NCBI GenBank assembly: GCA_046582655.1
Contig: JAYGDX010000198.1
Span: 9,624 to 73,623, forward strand
DNA: 64,000 bases
Reading direction: 5' to 3'
DNA from: Candidatus Poribacteria bacterium
GTDB lineage: Bacteria; Poribacteria; WGA-4E; UBA9662
The notes under the pieces were generated by a model, which had not been told where the DNA came from, ran no database searches, and worked only from the letters and a program-made list of their open reading frames with translations. The position numbers and the translations under genes are program-made. Below are positions 48,675 to 59,926 of the stretch, one piece after another; positions within the stretch are counted from its first letter, which is position 1, and the number at the start of each line of letters is the position of its first letter.

Positions 48675-50383
48675 AAATTACGCGGGAAACTTATGCGGAT
48701 ATTTATGGCCCAACAGTGGGCGACAAAGTTCGGTTAGCTGATACAGAGCTTTTTATTGAGGTTGAAAAAGACTGCACCGTTTACGGTGATGAATCAAAGT
48801 TTGGTGGTGGTAAGACATTGCGTGATGGCATGGGACAATCGCCAAATGCCACTCGGTCTGACGGTGCGTTGGATCTGGTAATTACCAATGCCCTGATTCT
48901 GGATCATTGGGGGATTGTTAAAGCTGATATTGGTGTCCGTGATGGCAGGATTATCGGCATAGGAAAATCGGGAAATCCAAATCTGATGGACGGTGTCGGT
49001 GCAGAGATGATTGTGGGTGCTGGAACAGAGGTTATTGCTGGTGAGGGAATGATTGTTACCGCTGGTGGGATTGACGCCCACATTCATTTTATCTGCCCTC
49101 AACAAATCAATGAAGCCTTAGCGTCTGGAATCACAACAATGATAGGTGGTGGTACTGGGCCTGCTACCGGTACCAATGCGACTACCTGTACACCCGGTGT
49201 TTGGAATATTGGTCGGATGCTAGAAACTGTTGAAGGGTTCCCAATTAACTTTGGATTTCTTGGAAAAGGAAACAGCTCATTTCCAGACCCACTACGTGAG
49301 CAGGTTGAGGCAGGGGCTATTGGCTTAAAATTGCACGAAGATTGGGGGACAACTCCAGCAGCTATTGACAATTGCCTTTCAGTAGCAGAAGAATATGATG
49401 TTCAAGTTGCTATTCACACGGATACACTTAATGAATCAGGTTTTGTGGAGGATTCAATTGCCGCATTCAAAGGCCGAACCATTCACACCTACCACACAGA
49501 AGGTGCTGGAGGAGGACACGCTCCCGACATCATTAAAGTGTGCGGTGAAAGTAATGTTTTACCTTCGTCAACAAATCCCACACGTCCTTTTACTGTCAAT
49601 ACTATTGATGAACATCTAGACATGTTGATGGTTTGCCATCATCTTGATGCCTCGATTCCTGAGGATCTTGCTTTTGCTGAATCCCGAATCCGACCGGAAA
49701 CGATTGCGGCTGAGGATATTCTGCATGACTTGGGGGCCTTTAGCCTCATGGCATCCGATTCTCAAGCCATGGGACGTGTGGGTGAAGTCGTTATCCGCAC
49801 ATGGCAGACAGCACACAAAATGAAGGTTCAACGTGGGCAGTTGCCTGAAGAAACGGGGGGAAATGACAATTTTCGGGCCAAACGATACGTTGCCAAATAT
49901 ACGATTAATCCGGCAATTGCCCATGGTATCTCTGATCAAGTTGGATCAATAGAAGTTGGGAAGATGGCGGATTTGGTTATCTGGCATCCTGCTTTTTTCG
50001 GCATTAAGCCGCAATTGATTGTTAAAGGTGGATTCATCGTACAAGCTGCCATGGGGGATGCCAATGCTTCAATTCCAACGCCACAACCAATTTTGCAACG
50101 ACCAATGTTTGCCGCTTTCGGTCGTGTTCCCTACACTACTTCTTGCACATTTGTTTCACAAGCCGGTCTGGACTCCGAAGTTGGTAATCAATTAAAACTG
50201 CAAAAGCCTCTAGTCGCAGTCAGAAGTTGCCGGTCTCTTTCGAAGGCAGACATGGTACATAACACCTATTTGCCTGCAATTGAAGTGGATTCCGAAACTT
50301 ACGAAGTTCTGGCGGACGGTAACCTGCTGACATGCGAACCTGCCGAATTGCTTCCTATGGCACAACGTTACTTCCTGTTTTAG
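48671..50383 (+). CDS. ureC: Urease alpha subunit
   Basis: [31 protein letters not shown]. Confidence 0.98.
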   Translation: MKITRETYADIYGPTVGDKVRLADTELFIEVEKDCTVYGDESKFGGGKTLRDGMGQSPNATRSDGALDLVITNALILDHWGIVKADIGVRDGRIIGIGKSGNPNLMDGVGAEMIVGAGTEVIAGEGMIVTAGGIDAHIHFICPQQINEALASGITTMIGGGTGPATGTNATTCTPGVWNIGRMLETVEGFPINFGFLGKGNSSFPDPLREQVEAGAIGLKLHEDWGTTPAAIDNCLSVAEEYDVQVAIHTDTLNESGFVEDSIAAFKGRTIHTYHTEGAGGGHAPDIIKVCGESNVLPSSTNPTRPFTVNTIDEHLDMLMVCHHLDASIPEDLAFAESRIRPETIAAEDILHDLGAFSLMASDSQAMGRVGEVVIRTWQTAHKMKVQRGQLPEETGGNDNFRAKRYVAKYTINPAIAHGISDQVGSIEVGKMADLVIWHPAFFGIKPQLIVKGGFIVQAAMGDANASIPTPQPILQRPMFAAFGRVPYTTSCTFVSQAGLDSEVGNQLKLQKPLVAVRSCRSLSKADMVHNTYLPAIEVDSETYEVLADGNLLTCEPAELLPMAQRYFLF

Positions 50384-50393
50384 ACAAGTCAAG

Positions 50394-50837
50394 ATGATTA
50401 TCGTAGACAAAATTCTTGGTCGAGTGGGAGATCAATCAGACCTTGAACGGGATACCGTTCAGCTGGATTGGGAAGGGCGTCAAAAAGCGCGACAACGCTT
50501 GATAACACAGGCTGGCCGCGAAATTGCCTTGGCCTTGCCAACTGGAACCGTCCTAGCATCGGGAGATCTACTTTACCAAAAATTTCCAATGGAGATTGTC
50601 GTGGTCAGTATACCGGAAAAGGTTTTCGTTCTGCGAGCGGAACCTGAAGTTCAATTTGGTCTTTTATGTTACCAAATTGGTAATCTTCATCGTCCAATCG
50701 GGTTTGACGGTACTGATGTATTAACACCCTATGAACCTGTTCTTGAGAACCAGTTTAATCGTTTTGGCTTGGCTTATACGGTTGAGGATCGAATATTTAC
50801 GCATTCTGCCAGTCAACTTCACTCACATGTCCATTGA
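50394..50837 (+). CDS. ureE: Urease accessory protein
   Basis: IGNLH motif; short His tail HSHVH. Confidence 0.88.
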   Translation: MIIVDKILGRVGDQSDLERDTVQLDWEGRQKARQRLITQAGREIALALPTGTVLASGDLLYQKFPMEIVVVSIPEKVFVLRAEPEVQFGLLCYQIGNLHRPIGFDGTDVLTPYEPVLENQFNRFGLAYTVEDRIFTHSASQLHSHVH

Positions 50838-51504
50838 CCAATCTGTACTTCTGTTGTTTCAACTGACTGATAGTTTCTTTCCCACTGGATCCTTCGCACA
50901 TTCTTTCGGTCTTGAAACCTACATCCAGAAAGGGATTATTACTGATCAAGAGCGTTTCGAATCGTTCCTTCGCGCTATCCTCCACTTTGGTATCCGAAAC
51001 TGCGATGCGATTGCTGTGACTCTTGCACATCGGTCCGATACTATAGATCAAATAATTCAGCTTGATCAACACCTTTCTGCCATCAAGCAACCTATTGAAA
51101 TGAGGAAAGGAAGTGCGCAACTTGGCAAGCAATTTCTTCGAAACGCCAACAAAATCATTGAGAGGAGACTGGCAAAAGATTACCATAGAGCAATTCAATC
51201 AGGGAAATGTTCTGGACACCATTCAGTTGCATATGGGGTGGTAACCGCTGGAATTGAGTTATCTTTGGTTTTGCTCAGCTATTTACACAGTTATGTGGTG
51301 AGCCAGGTTTCAGCCGCCGTCCGCTTGATTCCACTGGGAGCAACCGATGGCCAACAAACGATTCGCTCTCTTCAACCTGACCTGCTGAAAATTGCCGAAT
51401 TGGTCAAAGGCGCCAAGATGGAAGATCTTGGTGGTTTTACCCCGGCACTTGATATTCGAAGTATGCAGCATGAGCAATTGTTTCACCGACTATTTATCTC
51501 ATAG
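50827..51504 (+). CDS. ureF: Urease accessory protein
   Basis: DSFFPTGSFAHSFGLE, AVRLIPLG, HE...RLFIS; likely ATG 50827. Confidence 0.92.
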   Translation: MSIDQSVLLLFQLTDSFFPTGSFAHSFGLETYIQKGIITDQERFESFLRAILHFGIRNCDAIAVTLAHRSDTIDQIIQLDQHLSAIKQPIEMRKGSAQLGKQFLRNANKIIERRLAKDYHRAIQSGKCSGHHSVAYGVVTAGIELSLVLLSYLHSYVVSQVSAAVRLIPLGATDGQQTIRSLQPDLLKIAELVKGAKMEDLGGFTPALDIRSMQHEQLFHRLFIS

Positions 51505-51530
51505 ACGGATAAAATGTTACTGGAGTTCAA

Positions 51531-52154
51531 ATGACGAATCCTCTAAAAATTGGCGTAGGTGGCCCGGTTGGATCGGGAAAAACGGCTCTGATCGAGTGCC
51601 TGTGCAAAATGATGCACCGGGATTACCAACTAGCGGCTGTCACCAACGACATCTACACACGGGAGGATGCGGAGATTCTTTTTCGTGCTGGAGCTCTACC
51701 TGCTGACCGGATTCTTGGCGTTGAGACTGGTGGTTGCCCACACACGGCTATTCGAGAAGATATTTCAGTCAACTTGGAAGCGATAGATTTAATGGTTAAC
51801 CGATTCCCTGACCTTGATATTCTCTTTTTGGAAAGTGGCGGTGACAATTTGGCTGCTTTTTTTAGTCCGGAATTAGTTGACGCAACCATATGTGTTATTG
51901 ATGTTGCTGGTGGCGATAAGATTCCCAGCAAAGGTGGACCGGGAATTACGCGGTCAGACCTTTTAATAATCAACAAAATCGATCTGGCGGAATATGTTGG
52001 GGCTGATCTGGATCGAATGGAGCAGGACGCCAAACGGATGCGTGCAAACGCAATCAGGGAAAATCCGTTTGTTTTTACTAATCTTCGACTTGGTGTGGGA
52101 ACTGAGCAGGTTGTCCGTTGGATTCAGAAAGAACTGCTTTTCGAATCCGAATAG
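51531..52154 (+). CDS. ureG: Urease accessory GTPase
   Basis: [25 protein letters not shown]. Confidence 0.96.
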   Translation: MTNPLKIGVGGPVGSGKTALIECLCKMMHRDYQLAAVTNDIYTREDAEILFRAGALPADRILGVETGGCPHTAIREDISVNLEAIDLMVNRFPDLDILFLESGGDNLAAFFSPELVDATICVIDVAGGDKIPSKGGPGITRSDLLIINKIDLAEYVGADLDRMEQDAKRMRANAIRENPFVFTNLRLGVGTEQVVRWIQKELLFESE

Positions 52155-52173
52155 GTTTATTCAAAAACGAGAT

Positions 52174-53634
52174 CTAAAAAGGCGTATCGGCAGTTGTATG
52201 CGGACACCACCGGGATGATAGCAATGCATAAAATAACGCGTCTTCAGCCTTTTTATTGTTGATCCGCTTTAAGGCTGTAGCTGCATAGAAACGGACATAA
52301 CGATCATCGTCGTTCATCAATTTCTCCACTAGTAGCGGTAACATTTCATCCTCTGTTTGTACCAGTTTACTTAGCGCAATCAGCACATTCCGACGAACAA
52401 GTTCGTTGTCATCATCTAGCAGCAACTTCAATTGATCTAGGACGTTTCGGTTCGTCGAGCCAATATTCCCTAGGGCTTCAGTAGCATTTCGGCGCACCCA
52501 CCATTCCGAGTCCTGTAACCTGTTTACAAGCTCAGAAACAGCATCTTCTTGGTGCATGACTGGAACGATATTTCCGATGATGTCAGCTGCGGCAGCCCGC
52601 ACAAACCAGTCAGGGTCATTTAGTGTTTGGATCAGTTGTGGAACAGCGATTTCTCCCAAAGCTGTCAGCGCGTGACTCGAGTATAGATCTGAAGGGTTTC
52701 CTCCTTGAGGGTTGGTCGCGTTAGATTTGGTCATGTCCTGATACAATAACAGTGACTCTGACTTCAAGGCTTCTATCAGAGTTGTCACCGCAGACTCTCC
52801 CATACTACCAAGGGTATAAGCGGAGTTAATGCGAATTGTCTCGTTTGGATCAGACAAATCCTGCACCAGTTTTGAAACCTTCTTTTGATCGGCGGAGGCA
52901 TTATTGTGGACTGCTGTTTTTTTTCCACAAAGCCAATTCCATACATTTTCGGATAATGCGTTGTGATTGTCATCTTCAACTGGTTTCCACTTGAGGTTCC
53001 CTACGTGCCATGTTGGTTTTGTCGGTTCTTCCATGCGAGTGAATTGGAACTTAAGCATATACCGTTTCTTATCGGTATTGTTGGTTGATCCCCGATGCCA
53101 GACGTCAAAGTTGACAATTGAGATAGTTCCTGCTTTACCGCAAAGTTTAGTCTCGTCCTCTGTGGTTTCGCCGGGACTGGTACTGGAGATTGTGTTGTAA
53201 TATTGTCGACCCGGCAGAGTTGCTGTTGCTCCCATATCGGCAGTTACATCCTGGGGATAGTAAAAGGCCATTACCCAACGGAACCGATGGTGGCGTACGT
53301 TCTGATCGAAGATGTAGTCATCTTTGTGCCACCCCTGGTCCTCACTGCCTGGATCTCTCAAATGGCAATAACGGTGTGGGTGGATAACATAGTTTTCACC
53401 CAGCAAACTGGTCAATGCACCCACTACTTTGGGGTGGTCGAATACTTTTTGAATGTTGGGAATTCGGGGTAAAATATTGTTTCCCGGGTTACCTTCTGTT
53501 TCAAGTACGTGTTCGATCTGATCATATATTTGCTGATGCAGATTATCTTCAAAGTCGGTCTGTACCTGAACGTAACCCCGAGTGATAAAATGCCGCATGT
53601 TCTCGTCAGACAAAAGGTAATTTTTGCTCGCCAT
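52174..53634 (-). CDS. PhyH-family dioxygenase fused to HEAT/PBS-lyase-like repeats
   Basis: N-terminal WHKD and WHRG; C-terminal repeats VRAAAADIIG, VRRNATEALG and VRFYAATAL. Confidence 0.85.
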   Translation of the reverse strand: MASKNYLLSDENMRHFITRGYVQVQTDFEDNLHQQIYDQIEHVLETEGNPGNNILPRIPNIQKVFDHPKVVGALTSLLGENYVIHPHRYCHLRDPGSEDQGWHKDDYIFDQNVRHHRFRWVMAFYYPQDVTADMGATATLPGRQYYNTISSTSPGETTEDETKLCGKAGTISIVNFDVWHRGSTNNTDKKRYMLKFQFTRMEEPTKPTWHVGNLKWKPVEDDNHNALSENVWNWLCGKKTAVHNNASADQKKVSKLVQDLSDPNETIRINSAYTLGSMGESAVTTLIEALKSESLLLYQDMTKSNATNPQGGNPSDLYSSHALTALGEIAVPQLIQTLNDPDWFVRAAAADIIGNIVPVMHQEDAVSELVNRLQDSEWWVRRNATEALGNIGSTNRNVLDQLKLLLDDDNELVRRNVLIALSKLVQTEDEMLPLLVEKLMNDDDRYVRFYAATALKRINNKKAEDALFYALLSSRWCPHTTADTPF

Positions 53635-53718
53635 CTTTTCCTCTATATGACATGTTAACTAATTTAATCTAAGCTTTTGAATTGCACGTTAATCTTTATT
53701 ATTTGCGTGTCACCGGCG

Positions 53719-54765
53719 TCACACCGTCAGCTTTGCCCGCAACTGTTCCCATTCCGCCTCCTGAAGATGTGGCGGGAAAGTCAGGCGCCGGCCTTTTAGG
53801 GCTGACCGATATGCAGCCATTATGGCATCGAACCCGAGCTTGGCAAATTGGTAACGACAATGGTGAGATTGGCTTTCATCAATTAACCATGTTGCTATTG
53901 CTTGTGTCAAACGCCGTTGTGCGGATATGTCGTCATGACCAAAATTAGTCGGTTCAATAAATTGTTGAGATACCCCATCCAGCAGATATCCCCAGGACCC
54001 ATTTTCACGCCACCACATCCGTCCTTTGGTTGCCCAAATATCAATGTTACATCTGGGATTACTGCCAGGAAAATCTGCGGTGCCTAAAGCCTGTCTGGTC
54101 GACTCAAAAAAGACGCGAATTCCACTGGGGAACGTATAAACAGCTATCAGATTCTCCGGGCAGTTCAACAAATCCGTCTGGTATGTCTCGCCGCCTTCAA
54201 TTGTGGCCCAGACATCTGTGGGCGGAACGTCTCCAACTGTCAGTAACACCAGATCCATCAAGTGGGTATCCATGTCCGTGATTTCGCCTTGCGTACTGGC
54301 ACGGACAAAATGCACCTCTCCCAATTTATCCTCGGCTTGAAATTCACGTATCTTGTCTGCAAATGGCAGATACCGGCGCTGATGATTAACAATAATTTTT
54401 AGATTTGTTCCTTCTTGAGCTGCATCCAAACGTTCCGCTTCTCTGGGCCTAAGCGCGATCGGCTTTTCAATCACCAGTGCGCCTACACCTGCCCGGGCTG
54501 CTGGCTCGACCCAGATATGACGTGGCACAGTTGGCATGGTGACAGCATGGACAATATCCGGTTCTTCCTTTCTCAGCATTTCTTCATAATCTGCGTAACC
54601 AGTGACGTTTAATTCGGCCTCGGCACTTGCTCTGCGTTGATCATCAATCTCACAGATGGCCACCACTTCCATGTTCTCCAAATCTTGATAGGCACGCGCA
54701 TGGTGGACACCACGTCGGCCACCAACGATTGCTGCTCGGTAAGTTTTTGCCACTAGATTCTCCAA
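53719..54765 (-). CDS. Gfo/Idh/MocA oxidoreductase
   Basis: AAIVGG, IEKP, NHQRR. Confidence 0.88.
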   Translation of the reverse strand: MENLVAKTYRAAIVGGRRGVHHARAYQDLENMEVVAICEIDDQRRASAEAELNVTGYADYEEMLRKEEPDIVHAVTMPTVPRHIWVEPAARAGVGALVIEKPIALRPREAERLDAAQEGTNLKIIVNHQRRYLPFADKIREFQAEDKLGEVHFVRASTQGEITDMDTHLMDLVLLTVGDVPPTDVWATIEGGETYQTDLLNCPENLIAVYTFPSGIRVFFESTRQALGTADFPGSNPRCNIDIWATKGRMWWRENGSWGYLLDGVSQQFIEPTNFGHDDISAQRRLTQAIATWLIDESQSHHCRYQFAKLGFDAIMAAYRSALKGRRLTFPPHLQEAEWEQLRAKLTV

Positions 54766-54843
54766 ATGAAATAATCAACTATGGATGGCAGATTTCCTAA
54801 GTTATGCGTAGATATCTAGCACAGGGCAACCCAAGAATAGATC

Positions 54844-55395
54844 TCAGTTTTCTAATTCCTTAATGCACAGGTTGCGGAATGCCACTTCCTGTGGCGGACC
54901 AGAGTGAAGTTGCAGACCAAATAATCCAGATCGGGCACCATCAGGATCGGTGAGTTCAGCGGTCACAACACCGTTCAAAATCTGTAGAATGTAATCATCC
55001 ACAGCCACAATTTGGTACTCATTCCAATCTTCAACGAGGAGGATTGATTCAATCAGTTCCGTTTGATAACGTACTAAATGCCCTCTCAAACCTTCTTCGT
55101 AAAGCGCTCCCCAGCATCCATTTCCCATATCGGCTTGATAACCAGCCATACGACCATTTTCCTCAACCAGACTGCGGAACTGAATACCGCTATTGTAACC
55201 ACGTAACCGCGTTTCACAATAGAAAATGAAGTTAGCATACTCCTTTTCTGTTCGAAGAAAATCGTTGTAGCTAAGATCTTCGGTTGTACGTCCAACCAAA
55301 ATTTCATCTTCAACTTTCCAGAGATCAGGATCGCCAGCCCAACCTGCTAAATCTGTCCCATTAAACATAGATCTAAAACCGGATTTAGTGCTCAT
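54844..55395 (-). CDS. DUF1080 / 3-keto-disaccharide hydrolase domain protein
   Basis: FNGTDLAGW, NSGIQFR, WNEY, GLQLH, FRN. Confidence 0.88.
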   Translation of the reverse strand: MSTKSGFRSMFNGTDLAGWAGDPDLWKVEDEILVGRTTEDLSYNDFLRTEKEYANFIFYCETRLRGYNSGIQFRSLVEENGRMAGYQADMGNGCWGALYEEGLRGHLVRYQTELIESILLVEDWNEYQIVAVDDYILQILNGVVTAELTDPDGARSGLFGLQLHSGPPQEVAFRNLCIKELEN

Positions 55396-55649
55396 ATATA
55401 TCCTTTCCTTCCTTTATTAAGTGTTGTTCTTCCCTCAGTGAGTCATCGACTTTTTGCCAGTTTGTGCCAAGTACGGCAATATAACACAATTAGCAAAGTT
55501 TCTCAATCTCTTGTGGAATGCAGTTGATTAAAAACTAATTGGTTTTACTTCTAACCAGAATAAGTGTTATAGTTGAAAGCAAGTCATTTTGAAGATATTT
55601 TAACGGCACCAATTACGGCATTCAATCAGCTTTAGAAAAGACACAATAA

Positions 55650-57102
55650 ATGGGATTTTTGTCCAATTATGTTAAGGGTAACCCGCTAGAAATCAGTTTT
55701 TCTGCCCAATTGTTTCTTGATGACACCCTGATTGAAGATCGATGGGCTTTAACGAAAACAATAAACCCACCCTATCGACACATGGGGAATCCGATTATCG
55801 TTGCGGATCGGGCTTGGGAAGAAAGACCTTATCGGCCACAGGTATTTTTTGATCAAGACATAGGTCGTTACCGAATGTATTATCAGTGTTTTAGTGGGAC
55901 AAACTACTGGTCCAAACAAGGCCCATCCTACTACACTTGCTACGCGGAAAGCCAAGATGGCCTAAATTGGCAAAAACCTGAGTTGGTCGATTCGTCTTTT
56001 GGAAACTATCCAGCAACCAATGTTATTCGAATCAATGATGCACGTGGTACTCGCATTCAAGCACTGTGTTTCGTAACCTAACAACCGATGATTCAGCCAG
56101 AACGTATGCCATGATCTACAATTCTGTTGGCTTACGTCTGGCCTATTCACCTGATGGTATCATCAGGACACCCGCCAGCGAAGAAGCGTTATTCAATTAT
56201 CATAGTGACACGCATAATCATATTGTATGGAACCAGCAACTCGGTATGTGGATGCTTTATATGCGTCCACCGATATTTAGTGCCGGAGTTCACGAAGGAC
56301 CAGGCATACGCCACTATCGGCGCCGGACAGCTGCCAGTTTGAGCGCTGATTTATTGAATTGGACCGTACCACGGACAGTGCTTTATCCCGATGAACTTGA
56401 TCTGCCGATTTTGACGGGACACATGTTTTTCCATATCGGGATTAGTACATCGGGATGGTTACGCTCTTGAACCAAGAGGATGGCGGTAGCAATAAAGTGA
56501 TGTTGGCTACCAGCCAAGACGGAGTCTGCTGGCAACGCCCCTTACCCCAGAAAATCTGGGTGACTCGCGGCAAAGATGGTGATTTCGGTGCCGGATGCGT
56601 TTCGATCGGTAGTCATCCTGTTTATAAGGAATGGGAATTGTGGTTTTACACCATGGGCTTTCCACAACCGCAACGGGTGTTTGAACAAGAAAGCGGAATT
56701 GGCCTGATGAAGATGATGGTTGACCGTTTCCTTTCACTCGAAGCTCCTCTGCCAACCCATGGGACGGTTGAAGATAACGGATATTTATTAACTAAGGAAT
56801 TCATCTGGCATGGAAAACGATTGGTACTGAACTGTTGCATGGATCATGGCGATTTCCGAACTTACGGCGATTTGCGGGTTGAAATCGTCAAACGACCTGA
56901 TGACACCGATCCTGCTGGGCGAATGGGCGAAGTTGTGCCAGGATACGCTTTTGACGATTGTGATCTGATACGATCAAATTGTCCAAACCAGGTTGTTATC
57001 TGGCATGGTAATGATGATATTGGCTTTCTTGGCGGTCAACCGATCTATCTTCGATTCCGCATTCGTAACGGAGGGCTGTTCAGCTTTATGATGCAGAAAT
57101 GA
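55650..57102 (+). pseudogene. Beta-propeller glycoside-hydrolase-like gene split by two frameshifts
   Basis: Three overlapping ORFs (55650-56081, 56066-56470, 56455-57102) with AESQDGLNW, YSPDG and TSQDGVCW repeats read as one protein. Confidence 0.75.
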
Positions 57103-57233
57103 ATAATCTAATGAAAAAATCATTAGATTATTCAAAAACCAGTAGTAGTTTAGTTTGACACTCAAAAGTAAGTTGGTAAAGATTAATTTAATTTTTAAAC
57201 ACAGATAACATAAAATGGAGGACAAGGGGTAAA

Positions 57234-58001
57234 ATGGAAATCCGTGTCTCCGGGGCGCAGATCTCGGTAACTCGAGATATCGAATCCAACATCAGAGCAA
57301 TTGATCGGGCAATCGCTTATGCTATCAGCCAAAAATCGGAGATCCTTCTGACGCCGGAAGGGTCTCTTAGCGGGTACACTCATGAATTTGACACCCAAAC
57401 AACTGAAGAAGCCTTGGCTTCTGTAACTCACAAGGCGAAAGAGGCAGGGCTGGGTTTAGCTTTGGGAACTTGTTTCGTCGAACAGGCAGATCAAAAATGC
57501 TACAATCAGATTCGCTTTTACAAAACTGATGGCGAGTATCTTGGCTTTCATAGTAAAACATTAACCTGCGGCAGTTTAACTAATCCACCGGAAGGTGAGA
57601 TCAATCATTATACCGTTAGCCCTTTAAAGATATTTGATTATGACAATGTCCAGGTGGGTGGCTTAATCTGCAATGATCTGTGGGCGAATCCGGGATGCAC
57701 GCCCATAGACGATTCCCACTTGACGCAACAACTCTCGGATATGGGTGCCAAAATCATCTTCCATGCCGTTAATGGCGGACGTAGCGACAACGAGTGGTCT
57801 GATGTGGCATGGCAGTATCATAGCTCGAATCTGAGGATGCGGGCTAGAGCTGGAAAAACGTGGATTGTAACGGTAGATAATTGTTATCCTGTCGAGATTC
57901 GTTGTTCCTCACCTTCTGGAGTTATTAATCCACAGGGAGAATGGGTATGCCAAGTTGAATCCAAAGGTGAGCAATTCTTTAATTATACAATCAGGTTATA
58001 G
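57234..58001 (+). CDS. Carbon-nitrogen hydrolase (nitrilase superfamily)
   Basis: E-K-C triad in TPEG, HSK and LICND. Confidence 0.88.
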   Translation: MEIRVSGAQISVTRDIESNIRAIDRAIAYAISQKSEILLTPEGSLSGYTHEFDTQTTEEALASVTHKAKEAGLGLALGTCFVEQADQKCYNQIRFYKTDGEYLGFHSKTLTCGSLTNPPEGEINHYTVSPLKIFDYDNVQVGGLICNDLWANPGCTPIDDSHLTQQLSDMGAKIIFHAVNGGRSDNEWSDVAWQYHSSNLRMRARAGKTWIVTVDNCYPVEIRCSSPSGVINPQGEWVCQVESKGEQFFNYTIRL

Positions 58002-58142
58002 AAGTAATTATTTGGGATGGGGGGGTGATTTTTGTTTCAAAAAATTCAATGTCAGCGTGAAAAAACTTTGACGCTTTCTGTCAGCAGTTGAGATATACTA
58101 AATATTTGAATTTCCAACTAAATATGTTAGGAGTATAAGTCT

Positions 58143-58835
58143 ATGTTTAGGTTTAATCGATTATTAGTTTTAGTAATGTTTGTTCTGTTTACAAGTGGTA
58201 TAGCCTTGGCTGTAGAGGAATTTCGAGTGTCGAAATATGGTAAAGGTGAACAGATATGGTTTGAAGCCGAAGCTTTTGATGAAAGAAGTCCCAACGAAAA
58301 TTATAAACTTGGTAAAGCTGAAAAAGCTGTCAAGCCGCACGAAGATGCCTTTGGGGACATTGTCACCAATGCGGGTGGACAAGGCTGGTTACTTTATAGG
58401 TTTGATATCAGCCGTGCTGGAGGCAAAAAGGGGAAATGGCGATTTATTGGACGTGTGATTAATCCCAGCAATCATTCTGATTGGTTGTGGGTGCTAGGTG
58501 ATGATGGGGATAAGATTCCCGAAAAGGCGCCTGCCTTTGTCAGGCCTAACCATATCATTTTTGAGGAAAACGCGCCTCCTCCCTGGAAATGGATAACCAC
58601 AGGTGATTTTGGTGGAGATGGTGGGACTGTTAATGAGCTACAAAAAGGCGAGAATGTCATGATGATATGGACGCGACAGAGCAGTCTTCAAGTACAGAAC
58701 GATGTCTTTTTGTGGTCATCTGACCTGGAATACAAACCGACCGATGACGACTATAAGAAAGCCAAAGTGAAAACACTGGCTGTCCATTCAGCTGGTAAAC
58801 TAGCCACTAAATGGGGAGATCTTAAGTCGCTGTAA
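58143..58835 (+). CDS. Secreted protein with C-terminal WGxLK tail
   Basis: Signal peptide; WFEAEAFD; ends AVHSAGKLATKWGDLKSL*. Confidence 0.85.
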   Translation: MFRFNRLLVLVMFVLFTSGIALAVEEFRVSKYGKGEQIWFEAEAFDERSPNENYKLGKAEKAVKPHEDAFGDIVTNAGGQGWLLYRFDISRAGGKKGKWRFIGRVINPSNHSDWLWVLGDDGDKIPEKAPAFVRPNHIIFEENAPPPWKWITTGDFGGDGGTVNELQKGENVMMIWTRQSSLQVQNDVFLWSSDLEYKPTDDDYKKAKVKTLAVHSAGKLATKWGDLKSL

Positions 58836-58854
58836 TCGTCACCGAAAGGCATCA

Positions 58855-59844
58855 ATGGATCAGAAATTCAATCTCAGTGATGTTCGAAACACCCGGAATT
58901 TACTGTCAGATTATGTGATCCAAACTCCGGTACATCAACTGCACAGTCCTGTCATCAGCCGACTTCTGGGAAGTCAATCTCAGGTTTATTTAAAGCTGGA
59001 ACTTTTGCAGCATACTGGAACGTTTAAAGTCCGAGGAGCCATTAATTCCGCGCTGAATCTGCCGCCGGAAAAAGTTCAAAACGGTTTTACTGCAGTAAGC
59101 GCTGGAAACCATGCAATTGCCACCGCATTCACAGCCGAGACCTTGGAAACAACATCCAAAGTTGTCATGATTAAAACCGCCAATCAGTTGCGTGTGGCCA
59201 AATGTCGGGAGTATGGAGGTGAAATTGTGTTTGCTGATAACGCGCATTCCGCCTTCGATTTGGTAGAAGAGATTCAAAGGGAAGAAGGATACGCCTTCCT
59301 TCATCCTTTTGAAGGAAGAAACGTTTCTCTCGGTACAGCGACATTAGGTTTGGAGTTTTCTGAACAGGTGGACAATCTGGATGCGGTGGTGGTGGCTATT
59401 GGTGGTGGAGGATTGGCTTCCGGCGTATCGATGGCTGTTAAAGAATTGAAAGCCAAGTGTCAGGTATACGGGGTTGAACCGGAAGGTGCGGATACTATGC
59501 GTCGTAGTTTTCAAACCGGCAAACCGGAATCGGTTGATCAAGTCAACACGATTGCTGATAGTCTGGGGGCACCTTATGCATCTGATTACAGTTTTTCACT
59601 CTGCAGGAAATACATTGATGACTTGGTTCTGATTAGTGATCAGGAGATGGTAAATGCGATGGCATTGCTACTGAGTGAAGTCAAACTGGTGGTTGAACCT
59701 GCTGGTGCGGCATCTTTAGCTGCTGTCCTGGCACCGCTAAGAAGCAGGTTATTTAACAAAAGAATTGGTCTAATTGTCTGCGGTTCAAACATCGATTTGT
59801 CCAGTTTTAAAACTCTTGTTGATTCAGCCGTTGCGTTTCAATAG
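58855..59844 (+). CDS. Threonine/serine dehydratase family PLP enzyme
   Basis: LKLELLQHTGTFKVRGA, SAGNHA, IGGGGL, VEPAGA. Confidence 0.9.
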   Translation: MDQKFNLSDVRNTRNLLSDYVIQTPVHQLHSPVISRLLGSQSQVYLKLELLQHTGTFKVRGAINSALNLPPEKVQNGFTAVSAGNHAIATAFTAETLETTSKVVMIKTANQLRVAKCREYGGEIVFADNAHSAFDLVEEIQREEGYAFLHPFEGRNVSLGTATLGLEFSEQVDNLDAVVVAIGGGGLASGVSMAVKELKAKCQVYGVEPEGADTMRRSFQTGKPESVDQVNTIADSLGAPYASDYSFSLCRKYIDDLVLISDQEMVNAMALLLSEVKLVVEPAGAASLAAVLAPLRSRLFNKRIGLIVCGSNIDLSSFKTLVDSAVAFQ

Positions 59845-59926
59845 GGCCAAATTTATCCTTCAATTGAGTTGATGTTTCTGGTAGCTTTGCCTTTCGACAC
59901 CCATGAAGTTGCATTGAGGTTAAATT

